DNA of 55,182 bases from a virus (lineage: Duplodnaviria; Caudoviricetes). The position numbers and the translations under genes were made by a program. The notes under the pieces were generated by a model, which was not told the DNA's origin, made no database searches, and saw only the letters and a list, made by a program, of their open reading frames with translations. The first letter of the stretch is position 1. Each line of letters opens with the position of its first letter. The stretch is from IMG/VR virus record IMGVR_UViG_3300027972_000014, positions 1 through 55,182 of that record; one strand, given 5' to 3'. Positions 8,095 through 18,609 of this stretch are shown here, piece by piece.

Positions 8095-8792
8095 GGATGC
8101 AGTTCCCTACTCAACCTGCAACAATACACCATCACGAAGCAAACCCTGCGGGGTTGTTTTTTGCTAAAGCGATAACCGTCACAATAGGTATTGTCCTGTT
8201 GTGGCTTGCGCTTTGCGGTCTGGTTGCGGCAATGGGTATAGAAGAACCCACTCGCGTGGTCTCCACCGGTATTGTATTTGTTGTTATCGGTGGGGGATTG
8301 CTCTACATTGCCGGTCTTGGACTGGTCGCAATTATCGACAAACTACTCGGTAGTGTCACCGAATTGCAGCGCGTCACCTGGGAAGGACGCGCAAGAGTCG
8401 AGCAGGTAAAATTACTCTCCGCGCAAACCAACGCAACCGGCCCACGTAGCAATGACGAGGACAATATTATGGTTGGCGCGGCTCTATGCGCCCTGGCAAA
8501 AGCCTACGAGTACACCAAAGCACACGGCCCGTATACCGGCGTCGGGCGGCCCTGGTCACGCAATAAAGCTTTGGGGTACAAAGTGCAAGGGCTAACTGAG
8601 AAACTGGCCGGACGCCTGGGTGAATGGATGAAGGATGAGGATTTGCTTACCTTTGACAACCAAATTAACGTGACTCGTTTCCCATCCTGGAACACAGCCC
8701 AACGGTATCTTAATGGTAAATACCTTGCCCCGATACTGATTAACAACCACCCTACCCCCTATCAAGAAAATACAAGTATCATTGATATTTAG
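8064..8792 (+). CDS. Membrane protein with soluble C-terminal domain
   Basis: Two transmembrane-like segments, then a domain containing PWSR. Confidence 0.65.
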   Translation: MRKKQNAATVGMQFPTQPATIHHHEANPAGLFFAKAITVTIGIVLLWLALCGLVAAMGIEEPTRVVSTGIVFVVIGGGLLYIAGLGLVAIIDKLLGSVTELQRVTWEGRARVEQVKLLSAQTNATGPRSNDEDNIMVGAALCALAKAYEYTKAHGPYTGVGRPWSRNKALGYKVQGLTEKLAGRLGEWMKDEDLLTFDNQINVTRFPSWNTAQRYLNGKYLAPILINNHPTPYQENTSIIDI

Positions 8793-8813
8793 CTAAAATT
8801 ACCGGGTCTGTGG

Positions 8814-9548
8814 GTGTGTGTGCGCCCACACACAAATGCTTTTGGAGGAATTATGAACCGTGTAAAACTGATGTGGATAATTATGATAGCCTCTGCCGTG
8901 ACCGGCGTGGCTCAATACGTGCTGATGGGCGTTACCGGGTACAACCACGACCCACAGACATTCTCCTGGTGGTTTTGGGTAGTTGAGTTTTGCCTATGGG
9001 GGGTTCGCGCCCTGGTTGAATCAATATGCGTTGGCTACATTTTTATGACCATTGCCACACGTTGGCAGGACAAACTCTCTCTGTCACTGTTTGAGACCGT
9101 GATATTGCTGGAAATTGCGTTTACCGTCGGTATAATGACCGCCGCTGTAGGTAGTAGCAAAACAATTTATACAATGCTTGCCGAGTTATCCGGTCAGTAT
9201 TATTTCGCGTGGGCATTTGCAATGGGGGCTTATGCTCCGCTAATGATGGCGGGGTCAGGTATTGCGTTCCGTATTCAACCGGTTAGCGCGGGGCAAGTGG
9301 TTGTCAATGAGGAAGCAATAAAAGACACCGAAGCTTTGCGTCAACATTGCGCCGACTTGCAGGCAAGTAATGAGACGTTGCGCCTTGATAATAAATACAG
9401 TCAGATGTGGCAAGTGATGAGCGCCATTGACAAAGCGCGTGTATATGAGATTGTCAAAGCGTTTGCCAACGGCAACGGGCCGGAATTAGAACGAGCCGCA
9501 AAAATAGAATTGACAGCAACGGCTCGCAGCAGAGCCAAGAAAGGCTAA
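8814..9548 (+). CDS. Four-TM membrane protein with coiled-coil tail (likely start MNRVKLM)
   Basis: Hydrophobic segments; RBS GGAGG before the internal ATG. Confidence 0.65.
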   Translation: MCVRPHTNAFGGIMNRVKLMWIIMIASAVTGVAQYVLMGVTGYNHDPQTFSWWFWVVEFCLWGVRALVESICVGYIFMTIATRWQDKLSLSLFETVILLEIAFTVGIMTAAVGSSKTIYTMLAELSGQYYFAWAFAMGAYAPLMMAGSGIAFRIQPVSAGQVVVNEEAIKDTEALRQHCADLQASNETLRLDNKYSQMWQVMSAIDKARVYEIVKAFANGNGPELERAAKIELTATARSRAKKG

Positions 9549-9551
9549 TCA

Positions 9552-9842
9552 TTACTTAATTTTTAATTCTTCCTCATCACGTTTCTTTCTGTTCTTATAA
9601 TCCGCCTGTCCAAATATCAATTCCAATAAAACAGCCTCATCGGTCGGAATACTGGCTACAGATTTGTTAGCCAGTATTTTTTTTGTTTCACGTTCAATTA
9701 ACCGGCTCTTGCAATTTGCCAGTTTCTCGCTAAAAGCAGTCTCAAACCAGTCAAACGGTTCAATCAGGCTGTCGCCCAGGATAGCTATATCTTGGTCGGT
9801 AAACTCAATTAAAAATGTTTTTTTGTTTTTTGTAATTTTCAT
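9552..9842 (-). CDS. Putative tail-fiber assembly/accessory protein
   Basis: Directly follows the tail fiber gene. Confidence 0.55.
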   Translation of the reverse strand: MKITKNKKTFLIEFTDQDIAILGDSLIEPFDWFETAFSEKLANCKSRLIERETKKILANKSVASIPTDEAVLLELIFGQADYKNRKKRDEEELKIK

Positions 9843-9850
9843 AATAACCT

Positions 9851-10603
9851 CTATGATAATAGATAAGCGCAAAAATATGAGTGAAACGAGGTAGCTGCAC
9901 CATAGACATCTATCGTATCTCCGGCCTCACCTGCTATATCTATGTCTCCGGTCGCCGTGTCTAATATGTCCATATCTGCAATAGTCGAACAGTGAAAACC
10001 GCAATACCCCGCACTTTGTACCGCTCCAACTGCGCGATATGAGCCATAGTGAGGCCGGTTTGATGTCATTACTCTGCACCAGCCTAGCGTAGCTGCCGCA
10101 GTTATTCCGCTACATAATATCGTCAACTCAAATAAATATTTTGCAGTAACAGGAGCGGTAAATGTGCCGTTTGCTGTATTAAAATTTCCATTTCTATCGT
10201 ATATTTCTGTGCCGAAAACTACAGGATATGTAGTTCCAGCGCCGGTAACATTTGTAATCGTACTGGAAACGTGAGCCATAAATAGCGGTTGCACCGCTGC
10301 ACTTAAATAGCCGCTGGCGTCGGCGGATAGAGCCGGGTCTGGCGCACCGTCAGAGGCGACGAGTTTTGATACCTCAACAGCATCTTGCGCCAGTGTTCCT
10401 CCTTCGGCGGCGCTGGCGTGTGAATGAACGGCATCAGTCCATATATTATCCCAATCTAATTGCCCTCCCTCTGCATCACTTGAATGAGCATGGACAGCAT
10501 CCGTCCAGGTTTTATCCCAATCCAAACCAGTAACCTCACCGGTTTCGAGAGCCTCAACCCGTCGCTTTAAATCCTCTATCAGTCTGATAATTTCATCGCT
10601 CAT
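9851..10603 (-). CDS. Tail fiber/receptor-binding protein with C1q-like C-terminal domain
   Basis: VVFGTEIYDRNGNFNTANGTFTAPVTAKYLF...SYFCAYLL C1q-type pattern; duplicated DWD.WTDAVH.H.S.AEGG motif. Confidence 0.75.
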   Translation of the reverse strand: MSDEIIRLIEDLKRRVEALETGEVTGLDWDKTWTDAVHAHSSDAEGGQLDWDNIWTDAVHSHASAAEGGTLAQDAVEVSKLVASDGAPDPALSADASGYLSAAVQPLFMAHVSSTITNVTGAGTTYPVVFGTEIYDRNGNFNTANGTFTAPVTAKYLFELTILCSGITAAATLGWCRVMTSNRPHYGSYRAVGAVQSAGYCGFHCSTIADMDILDTATGDIDIAGEAGDTIDVYGAATSFHSYFCAYLLS

Positions 10604-11751
10604 TGTTCAACCTCAAGAGCTGTTCTAATTTCCTCTCTGCCTTCATTTAGAGTTATCTTGATGCCGTTTATTCGCGCCGTGTATGTTTCACTCTGAAAAC
10701 CTATCTGTATCCTATCGCCGAAGCCATAATCCACGCCATAACGTAACCCGCTGTCTGCCAAATTTCCATTGATAATTGTCTTTCGTTGGTATTTGTCGAG
10801 AGTTTCCTGGGCGATATTATTTAGCGACGCCTGTATTATTGTTTGGCGGGCATCGTAACTTTTTTCTATACGCCCGAACGGATATAAAGCAATTAATGCC
10901 GCATCGTCAGCTATGCCGATAAGTCTTACATCCTGCTGACCTGCGCCAAGAGCATAAGCCACGCTAATTTGATTGGTATAATCATTTGTCTTTTCTGTAT
11001 TTTTCAATGTTCCCGCCGCCTCGGATAAGACAATTTCTTGCCCGCTCCCGCTTCCTCTATCTATCCCTCGCTGTCCATTATAAATCCTAAACTCTAACAA
11101 ATTCCCGGCAATTACTACAATATCAAAATAGATATAAGTGCCAAGTTCTTTTGATTGCCTGGCTGCGTCTTGACATACCGCCAGGACAGATTTACCAATA
11201 GCATCACGCGAATTGATTGCCTCTCCAAAACCCATATCCGGCGCAAGACGAAAAACTGTAGCCGCATATCCACCCGCTTCCCAACGGTCGGCGTCGGCTG
11301 CCCCGACGATGTCCATATTCTCGTAGATAAATTCATAAATTACCGTACCGGCCACGTCTGATTTTGATGTGTGTGCCGACCCGGCAGGATAAGCTACAAT
11401 TGCTCTGTTCATTAACTCGATAGTATCCAGGGCAACAATTTCCAAACTAATACCCCCCTGACTGGATATTTCTCTGATTTTGCGTATCCTGAATTGTGTT
11501 TCTCCTTCCAGGTAAGCCCGCTTTGTCCCGGTTATTTTTCGCCATACCTCAATAATACTATCTGGTTGAATAAATTCAGTCGGGATGGTACTCTTTTCGG
11601 CTACAACTTTGAGCGAGCCAACTTCATTCGTTGCGCGTACCAATTCCAGGAATGTAAAATCGTCAATGATTTTTAGGAGTTGCCCCTGTGGGTTTTTGAG
11701 CCAGAGAGAATATTGAGCCTGATTGTCAGGAGAGAAAAAAACTGATGTCAT
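10600..11751 (-). CDS. Minor tail protein (siphovirus Gp37-like/Tal)
   Basis: Position after Dit; YALGAGQ...GRIEK...RYGVDYGFGDRI motifs. Confidence 0.75.
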   Translation of the reverse strand: MTSVFFSPDNQAQYSLWLKNPQGQLLKIIDDFTFLELVRATNEVGSLKVVAEKSTIPTEFIQPDSIIEVWRKITGTKRAYLEGETQFRIRKIREISSQGGISLEIVALDTIELMNRAIVAYPAGSAHTSKSDVAGTVIYEFIYENMDIVGAADADRWEAGGYAATVFRLAPDMGFGEAINSRDAIGKSVLAVCQDAARQSKELGTYIYFDIVVIAGNLLEFRIYNGQRGIDRGSGSGQEIVLSEAAGTLKNTEKTNDYTNQISVAYALGAGQQDVRLIGIADDAALIALYPFGRIEKSYDARQTIIQASLNNIAQETLDKYQRKTIINGNLADSGLRYGVDYGFGDRIQIGFQSETYTARINGIKITLNEGREEIRTALEVEQ

Positions 11752-11754
11752 TTA

Positions 11755-12105
11755 TCATCCATCAAAACTTAAATATTGATTATCCCATTGCATCGTCACT
11801 GTACAATTTACGCCAACAAAAATACTGATACTATTATCTCCGGGCAATAACCTAAATGTTGCTACATCACTGCCCTCTTGGATAGCCGCCTGCGAGAGAA
11901 GATTTCCGGCAAACGTAGAAACAAATGTCTTTTGTCCGGTGCGAAAATCCAATGTAGCTACCTCGCCGTCCTGCATTGCATAATTGAAATATATCTCATC
12001 ATCAGTTGAGGTGTTCTTGAGATGTGTCAAAACCGCCGTGCCACCGGAACAGGTAAATTTTACAACAGGGAATGCTATCGCCGAACCATTATTTGTTACT
12101 GCCAT
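11755..12105 (-). CDS. Distal tail (Dit) C-terminal domain protein
   Basis: VTNNGSAIAFPVVKF...FRLLPGDNSISI. Confidence 0.7.
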   Translation of the reverse strand: MAVTNNGSAIAFPVVKFTCSGGTAVLTHLKNTSTDDEIYFNYAMQDGEVATLDFRTGQKTFVSTFAGNLLSQAAIQEGSDVATFRLLPGDNSISIFVGVNCTVTMQWDNQYLSFDG

Positions 12106-12114
12106 AAGTCACCC

Positions 12115-15100
12115 TTAATTGACATACGCCGTTACAGCCGTACCACTGGTATCAAAACCTATAACGGTTATCGTTGGCGCGAATAGCATCGCCTCAACCG
12201 CCGCCGTCCCCGGCAAGTCTACGTCTATCGGCTTAAAATTGGTACCGTTCCAAACTGCTACCTTGTCCGGCAATGTTACCCCGCCCGCCGTCGTGAACGC
12301 GCCTCCAATGTAGACCAGCCCGGCGGCGTCGGTTTTTATAACGTAGCCCTGGTTATTGAGGCCGGTCGAAAGAGGTTGAAATTGTGTCCCGTTCCAGGCC
12401 GCTACGTAGTTAACGCCAGTTACCGTCCCGGCGGTGGTAAATGTGCCGGTCAGATAGACGCAGCCATTAGGCGTTATATCAATGCTGTTCACGTAACCGT
12501 TTGTGCCGTTCTCCAAAGCGGAAAAGGTGTCTGTCGCCGGGTCGTATAGGGCGACATAGTCATAGTCAGTTGCGCCGATGTGCCGGAATGAGCCGCCAAT
12601 GTAGAGTTTTCCGCTGGCGTCAAATTTGAGCGTATTTACCGCGCCGTCCGGCTCCGCTGATACCGCTTTCCAGGTTGCCGCCGAAATGTCGTAGTAGGCC
12701 AGGTTTTGAGTATTGGCAACGGAGTTGGTATCTAAGAATAGACCTCCGATATAAAGGTCTCCGTTAGGCGCAATCGCTGTCGCCAGCACCGTCCCGTTAA
12801 TGTCGCCGATGGAAGTCCACACGCTTCCTGATATGTCCCAAACGGCCATTCCTTGCGTAGCCGCCACGCCGCCCATCCCGGTGAAATTGCCCCCGGCTAC
12901 AATGTCCCCGTTGGCAAGTTCGGCCAGGGCATAAACCACGCCGTCATCCGCGCCAGTTCCGAGAGCATTCCAGGTTAAAAGTGTTGTATCCCAGTAGGAT
13001 ATTTTATCGGTATCGGCAACGGAGTCGGTATCAGAAAATCCACCTCCTACATAAATTTTGCTATCAATAGATTGAATAATATCTTTAGATGTTATCGCTA
13101 TCGTTTGCCATCCGTATCCATTCCAACGCGCAAATCGGGCCGTATTTGCCACTCCCCCCACGGATGTATGATTCCCGACGATATACAAATATCCATTTGG
13201 AGCTACTAAAAATTGATAGATATTACCACCTGCGCCGCCAGTACCCATTGCAAAAAAACCACTACTAAAATCATATCCGGCTACATATCCAGTATTTGCC
13301 AATCCGCCTGCCGTTGTAAATTTACCACACAAGTATAATTTATCCCCGTAAATAACAATGTCATAAACATCATCATCTGTTCCAGTTCCTATTGTGTTAA
13401 ATGAGTTCAATGTAATATCATACTCAACTATATAATTATGGGCCACTCCGTTAACTGTAGTAAATTCTCCCCCAAAATATACTTTTCCATTATAATATCT
13501 GGTAGCCCATACCGTTGCATCTGCCCCAGAACCAACAGCAGAAAATGTAGCCGTGCCAATATTATATTTTGCTACTCTATCTATAGCACTTCCACCAATC
13601 GTTGTAAACATTCCACCAACATATAAAATATTATTAATTGGGTCAATATCTATAGACGATGTTCTTGAATTTGCCCCGGTAGAAAGCGCACTCCAAGTAG
13701 TTGTAGCTATATGATACCGGGCGATATTATCAGAATTTGCATTGCCCTCCAGATTTGTAAAAGTTCCCACAATATACAAATAACCATTATAAATAAGCAT
13801 ATCATCTACAATTGTTACTACTGTTGTGGTTATTTGTGTCCAATTTACTCCATCCCAATAACTAACCCCCCAACCTCCACCGGCATAGATGTAACCCGTA
13901 TTCATATCCATAACCATAGAAGTAGGAGCTGCGGCTAAATTAGTAACATCTACCCAATCGGCTCCTGTCCAATAGGCTATTTCTTTCATTGCGACATTAC
14001 CACCAATGCTTGTAAAACTTCCTCCTATCCATACATTCCCAACTAAATCCATAGAAATACATCCAGAGAAATTATTGTCTGGTAAATCTGGCACAGTAAT
14101 CGTTAACCCATCTTCCGCCTTTGACCAGTTACCCTCACTGTCTTTCTGGATAATGTAATTAACCCCGGCAATACTTAATGTAGCCGTCGCTGCCAATGCC
14201 GCGTTTCCTCCTCCTCCTCCGTTCTCCCCTGCTGAACCGGCTGTGCCACTCGCACCCGTCCCTATACCATTGGCTATATTCGTCGCCGTAAATATACGCA
14301 AAAACTCACGCCAATACGGGTCAGTTGCCAACAGCCGCAATTGCACCACCTCGTTGGGACAGCCCAGGCAATTTCCTTCAAAACCGGCCTGATAATAAAA
14401 AGCCGCGTCAAGCATCTTGCCGCTGCCACTATAGCGAATATGGACAGGCTGTTGTGTGGCAAAACGATTAGGATTAAGTAGTCGCAAAATAGCCGACCTG
14501 GTAGCATGGTAGTCTATCAAGTCTGGTTCGTCTATTACCCCGTCCACTTGCATTGTGCGTTCACGGATAGCCTGCTTGCGGAACACCGCGCCGTCCTGAA
14601 CTGCCGGGCGAAGTGAGGTAATCTCAACCGCGCTCATTCCCGCCCCGGCTACCGGCCCGACCTGATAGCCATAATCGTACAGGCTTACCGGACGACCTGC
14701 TCCACTAAATTGCGCCTGGCGTGAACTGGTCGAGGTATGCTTTCCAGCCGTCCACAAACACCCATCAAGGTCTCCGTCGCAGTAGTCTGTTGCATATTGT
14801 TTGGCTTCAACCTGGAAGCCGTCAAGATAAAAAGCTGCAACGCTGGCATTACTATATTTGTATACTCTAACCTGGATAGCCGTATTCGCCCCGGTCTGAG
14901 CCGTGACTGCATATCTCGCCCAACCACCATCAGAGGTAAATGTTACCGGCGCTCCTAAAATAGTTGCGGCCACGCTATCATATATGTCGAAGTTGTAAGA
15001 GACACCGTCCACGCCCTTGATGTCAAATGAAAAAGTGTACCACGTTGCCGCAGTCAATGTTAGCGAGTATTTAGCTCCGTCGCTTAGAGCCGCCGACGGG

Positions 15101-15435
15101 GTGACGCGAAGCGAATAATTACCGCGCCACTGGTAAATCGCAGAGCGGGCAATTGCCGCAGCGCCAACCGCGCTGTAACCCGTCGTGGCATTTTCTACAC
15201 TTGGATTTGTTACGAGGTTGGTAGTAGTTTCAGGTACAACTATCCACCAAAGGTCGGTATTTTCTGCCATTGGTTTTGTTTCCTCTCTAGCCTGCACAAT
15301 AGGCAGGTAATTATTTTGCGTTGGTATTTCGTGCGTTGGCGTCCCGCAAGAAAGCGGGGGAGGGGGTTGGAATACGTTGGGGTAATAGGAGAAAATAATC
15401 AGAGCCAGAAATAGAGATGCTATTCTTTTGTACAT
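12115..15435 (-). CDS. Large tail-tip protein: carbohydrate-binding-like module, Dit N-terminal domain and multiple beta-propeller repeats (alternative start 15270)
   Basis: TNLVTNPSVE...FYLDGFQVE; LRLLATDPYW; many LYIGGxFTTAGG...VAxWNGT repeats; follows the tape measure. Confidence 0.8.
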   Translation of the reverse strand: MYKRIASLFLALIIFSYYPNVFQPPPPLSCGTPTHEIPTQNNYLPIVQAREETKPMAENTDLWWIVVPETTTNLVTNPSVENATTGYSAVGAAAIARSAIYQWRGNYSLRVTPSAALSDGAKYSLTLTAATWYTFSFDIKGVDGVSYNFDIYDSVAATILGAPVTFTSDGGWARYAVTAQTGANTAIQVRVYKYSNASVAAFYLDGFQVEAKQYATDYCDGDLDGCLWTAGKHTSTSSRQAQFSGAGRPVSLYDYGYQVGPVAGAGMSAVEITSLRPAVQDGAVFRKQAIRERTMQVDGVIDEPDLIDYHATRSAILRLLNPNRFATQQPVHIRYSGSGKMLDAAFYYQAGFEGNCLGCPNEVVQLRLLATDPYWREFLRIFTATNIANGIGTGASGTAGSAGENGGGGGNAALAATATLSIAGVNYIIQKDSEGNWSKAEDGLTITVPDLPDNNFSGCISMDLVGNVWIGGSFTSIGGNVAMKEIAYWTGADWVDVTNLAAAPTSMVMDMNTGYIYAGGGWGVSYWDGVNWTQITTTVVTIVDDMLIYNGYLYIVGTFTNLEGNANSDNIARYHIATTTWSALSTGANSRTSSIDIDPINNILYVGGMFTTIGGSAIDRVAKYNIGTATFSAVGSGADATVWATRYYNGKVYFGGEFTTVNGVAHNYIVEYDITLNSFNTIGTGTDDDVYDIVIYGDKLYLCGKFTTAGGLANTGYVAGYDFSSGFFAMGTGGAGGNIYQFLVAPNGYLYIVGNHTSVGGVANTARFARWNGYGWQTIAITSKDIIQSIDSKIYVGGGFSDTDSVADTDKISYWDTTLLTWNALGTGADDGVVYALAELANGDIVAGGNFTGMGGVAATQGMAVWDISGSVWTSIGDINGTVLATAIAPNGDLYIGGLFLDTNSVANTQNLAYYDISAATWKAVSAEPDGAVNTLKFDASGKLYIGGSFRHIGATDYDYVALYDPATDTFSALENGTNGYVNSIDITPNGCVYLTGTFTTAGTVTGVNYVAAWNGTQFQPLSTGLNNQGYVIKTDAAGLVYIGGAFTTAGGVTLPDKVAVWNGTNFKPIDVDLPGTAAVEAMLFAPTITVIGFDTSGTAVTAYVN

Positions 15436-15447
15436 TTCTCCCGCTTT

Positions 15448-18351
15448 CTAGCCGAACGCCAACGCGCTCGACTTCATCAGTTCAAATTCTTGCCGCGCCG
15501 ACGGCACTCCGCCAAGAATAACCTGGCTAAAATTGTAATTGTTTATGATGTTGGTCGTGACACTATTCATCGCGTTTGATACTTTTCCTTCTCCATTGGT
15601 AATGCCCATCGCCAGACCGCTCATTAAATTTTGTCCAATTTCATTAAACACTGCCGACGGAGAAGCTATACCTAAAGTTTCCTTGATTTTTGCAACCAGA
15701 GCATCACCCAACTCTGCCGCCAGTCCGGTAATAGTGTCCCATCCACCTTGAATTCCCTTTTTAATTCCTTCGATAATATTGTCACCAATTTTGACAAAAC
15801 TTTCCACGGAGAATGCTTCAACTATACCATCAATAATTCCAGAAAATGAACTTCCCGAGAATGCGCTTTTGATACTTTCAATAATACTATCTGTTTTTGA
15901 CATAATATCTTCTTTAATCGTTGTAAATGATTCAACGATACTATCCCAGGCAGCATTCCATAAAGTTACCAAGCTTTCCTTAAATGCCGACCACGCTGTT
16001 TTTATTGCTAAAATTAACTCCGTAACCAATACGATTATAGCTTCTTTCCTGGTGGTAAAATATGCTACAATTGCATCCCACAATACCGACCAGATAGATA
16101 TTAACGTAGACTTGAATGCTTCCCATTGCCCACTGATGTAAATTATCAAAGCATCAATGGCGATAAATAACAAGTCCCTTGCTGCCCCCAGGATAGTCAT
16201 AATAAAGTCCCAGGTCAATTGCCAGTTACTTTGCAGGGCTTTACCGAAAGCCGTCCAGTCACCCTTGATGAGAGCAGCGACCATATCAATGACCCCGCCA
16301 ATAATACCCATTACGAACTTTACATAACCATAAATCAAGTCCCAAGCTACTTTGGTTACGGCTAAAATCGTGTCTCCCCACGTAGCCCAGAATTGCCGAA
16401 TAAATGACAATGCACCAACAATAAGCCCCCCGATAACCGTCAAAAACCCATTGACGATTACCATCACATTAGCCCCGTGTGCCGTCCACCAGGCGGTGAT
16501 GGTAGTCAATACCGTATTGACCACTTCCTGAATTTGAGTAAATACCTGCAAGAATATGGGGTATAAAACATTATTGAAAAAGTCGGTTAATGTTTGAATG
16601 GCTATAGGCACATTGACCGCCAACCAATTCCAAACCTCGACCAGGATAGGGTAGACCGACGCCCACACCTCAGTCAATGTATCACGTATCCCAAACCAGT
16701 TCCCGGCCCAGGCTGCACCAAGTAAGGCGGCAGCGGCAATTACGGCGACAATAGGCGATGATAGGGCTGTAATCAGGCCGATAACTACCGATATAACCAC
16801 AGACCCAGCCAGGACTGTCAATACCCCGGCAATAGCACCCTTGACAGATTCAAAGTTATCATTTAGCCAAATAATTGCTTTGTTGAGTAAATCTATTGCC
16901 CCTCCTTTTGATAATTTATCAAGCGATGGTATCAGCACCCCCATTATCATTCCTGCAAAACCGGACAACGTGCCGGTTATTTTTTTTATCAATTCCGATG
17001 TAGCCGGTGTCAAGCCCAATGCCCCCACCAGACCATCTTTTTTGACATTACTGATAAAGCCAACAATATCTTTTAATGCTCCGCCTACAAATTGCCCCAA
17101 ACTTTCACCCCAAGATTTTATGGAAGGTAGGCCCTCTTTTATCATATCCAAAAAATCAACTACATAAGGTCGTATTGCCTCAAAAGTGCCGGTAAAAAAT
17201 TCACGCAGAGCAATGTTTTTATATTCCTCCAAAGTCGAGGTAATACCGGCGAAACTTGTGGCCTGTTCCTTTGCCGCTCCGGTAAAGATTTCCATATCTT
17301 TCATTGTGGCTTCGATAAAATCATCGGCATTAACTAGCCCTTTTGATACGTCATCTAGACTAAAACCCATTCCCTTTAGAATTTCAGTTGTGCCAATACC
17401 GGCATTGGATAATTGAATAAGTTCCTGCCCGGACACCTTGCCCTTTGCCTGCATCTGGCCTAATGCCAGAGAAATTTGTTTTGTTACCTCTGACCCTGCC
17501 CCAGTTGCGGCAGCAAAGTCAACTTCTGCCTGAGTAAGACGTTTGGCTTCCTCAGCCGTAAAACCATATACCTGTGCCGTCTTGAATGCCTGCCCGATGT
17601 CCGTAGAATCGAACGGAGATTCGGCGGCCAGGTTCTCTATCCAGCCCAAAAGTTCCTTTGATTTTTCAGCTGCCAGCCCCATAGCTTCTTTCATACTAAT
17701 CTGACCGGTTCGGACTGATTGAAGCACATCAACATATCCGGCAGACTTATTTGTCAGTTCGCTTATTCGGGCAGTGTGCTCCGTTACTTTCTCGCTAGCT
17801 TCATTGAATTTGTAATTCAATTCATCCAAAGCTGCGCGTTTACGGTTTATGGCTTCCTCGTTGCGCTTGTCTGCCCCTTCCATTTTGGTTAGCTCGGCCT
17901 GGGTCAATTGTATTTTTATAGCCAGTTGGTCACGGCTATGAGTCTCATTGTCAATTTTACCAGATAGATTATCAAGTTCTTTTTGTTCTTTTTTGCTTAA
18001 TTCGACCTGAGCCGTACCAACTTTGACCATTTCCTCTACACCGCTGGTTCGCACCAACTCGCGGGCGTAAAGATTTTGAATAGCCAAGCCAAGCCTTTCG
18101 TGTGAGGCGATTTGCTCCAACGCGGATTTGGCGGCATACAAAAAACCGCCTGCCAGGGCGGTTACTCCGGCGAGCGCCACCCCACCGGCAACCAGGCCAA
18201 TGTTACCGAGAGAACCGCCAAGAGATGATAATTGCCCGACCAACCCTCCACCAACATTACCAAGATGAGACAAGGAATTGGTTACATCGTTCAGTGCGCC
18301 AGAGGCTTCATTTTTTCCGGTTATACGGATTTCAATAGTCCGGTCAGACAT
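15448..18351 (-). CDS. Tail tape measure protein
   Basis: 967 aa; AAESPF...ALGQMQAKGKVSGQEL tape-measure domain; periodic Trp repeats; LGIASPS end motif. Confidence 0.95.
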   Translation of the reverse strand: MSDRTIEIRITGKNEASGALNDVTNSLSHLGNVGGGLVGQLSSLGGSLGNIGLVAGGVALAGVTALAGGFLYAAKSALEQIASHERLGLAIQNLYARELVRTSGVEEMVKVGTAQVELSKKEQKELDNLSGKIDNETHSRDQLAIKIQLTQAELTKMEGADKRNEEAINRKRAALDELNYKFNEASEKVTEHTARISELTNKSAGYVDVLQSVRTGQISMKEAMGLAAEKSKELLGWIENLAAESPFDSTDIGQAFKTAQVYGFTAEEAKRLTQAEVDFAAATGAGSEVTKQISLALGQMQAKGKVSGQELIQLSNAGIGTTEILKGMGFSLDDVSKGLVNADDFIEATMKDMEIFTGAAKEQATSFAGITSTLEEYKNIALREFFTGTFEAIRPYVVDFLDMIKEGLPSIKSWGESLGQFVGGALKDIVGFISNVKKDGLVGALGLTPATSELIKKITGTLSGFAGMIMGVLIPSLDKLSKGGAIDLLNKAIIWLNDNFESVKGAIAGVLTVLAGSVVISVVIGLITALSSPIVAVIAAAALLGAAWAGNWFGIRDTLTEVWASVYPILVEVWNWLAVNVPIAIQTLTDFFNNVLYPIFLQVFTQIQEVVNTVLTTITAWWTAHGANVMVIVNGFLTVIGGLIVGALSFIRQFWATWGDTILAVTKVAWDLIYGYVKFVMGIIGGVIDMVAALIKGDWTAFGKALQSNWQLTWDFIMTILGAARDLLFIAIDALIIYISGQWEAFKSTLISIWSVLWDAIVAYFTTRKEAIIVLVTELILAIKTAWSAFKESLVTLWNAAWDSIVESFTTIKEDIMSKTDSIIESIKSAFSGSSFSGIIDGIVEAFSVESFVKIGDNIIEGIKKGIQGGWDTITGLAAELGDALVAKIKETLGIASPSAVFNEIGQNLMSGLAMGITNGEGKVSNAMNSVTTNIINNYNFSQVILGGVPSARQEFELMKSSALAFG

Positions 18352-18366
18352 AGTCAGGCAAGCTCA

Positions 18367-18609
18367 CTATTGTTTACGTGTCTTTTCTTCTTCGGCTTCA
18401 TTTTCAGCTTGTATCATCTCGATATGCGCTGAAATTACCCGCCAATCCTCATCTTCTAATTCTGAGGGTAGACAGTGATACACGTCCCGGCATAGTACCA
18501 ATTCGGTATATTCACCTGGCGGCGGCTCAAATTCTTTTGATACTTTCTTCCATGCCCAGGCAGGATATTTATTCCTGGCCTCTAAATAGGTTTTGAGCCG
18601 CCGTCCAAG
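18367..18609 (-). CDS. Tail assembly chaperone, -1 frameshift extension (gpGT-like)
   Basis: Open -1 frame LGRRLKTYLEARNK...CRDVYHCLPSEL...KTRKQ* entered at A AAA AAC (18615-18609). Confidence 0.75.
   Translation of the reverse strand, partial: LGRRLKTYLEARNKYPAWAWKKVSKEFEPPPGEYTELVLCRDVYHCLPSELEDEDWRVISAHIEMIQAENEAEEEKTRKQ

Noticed and set aside
9851-10603. Diversity-generating retroelement target in the tail fiber
   Set aside because: No reverse transcriptase ORF and no template-repeat copy seen
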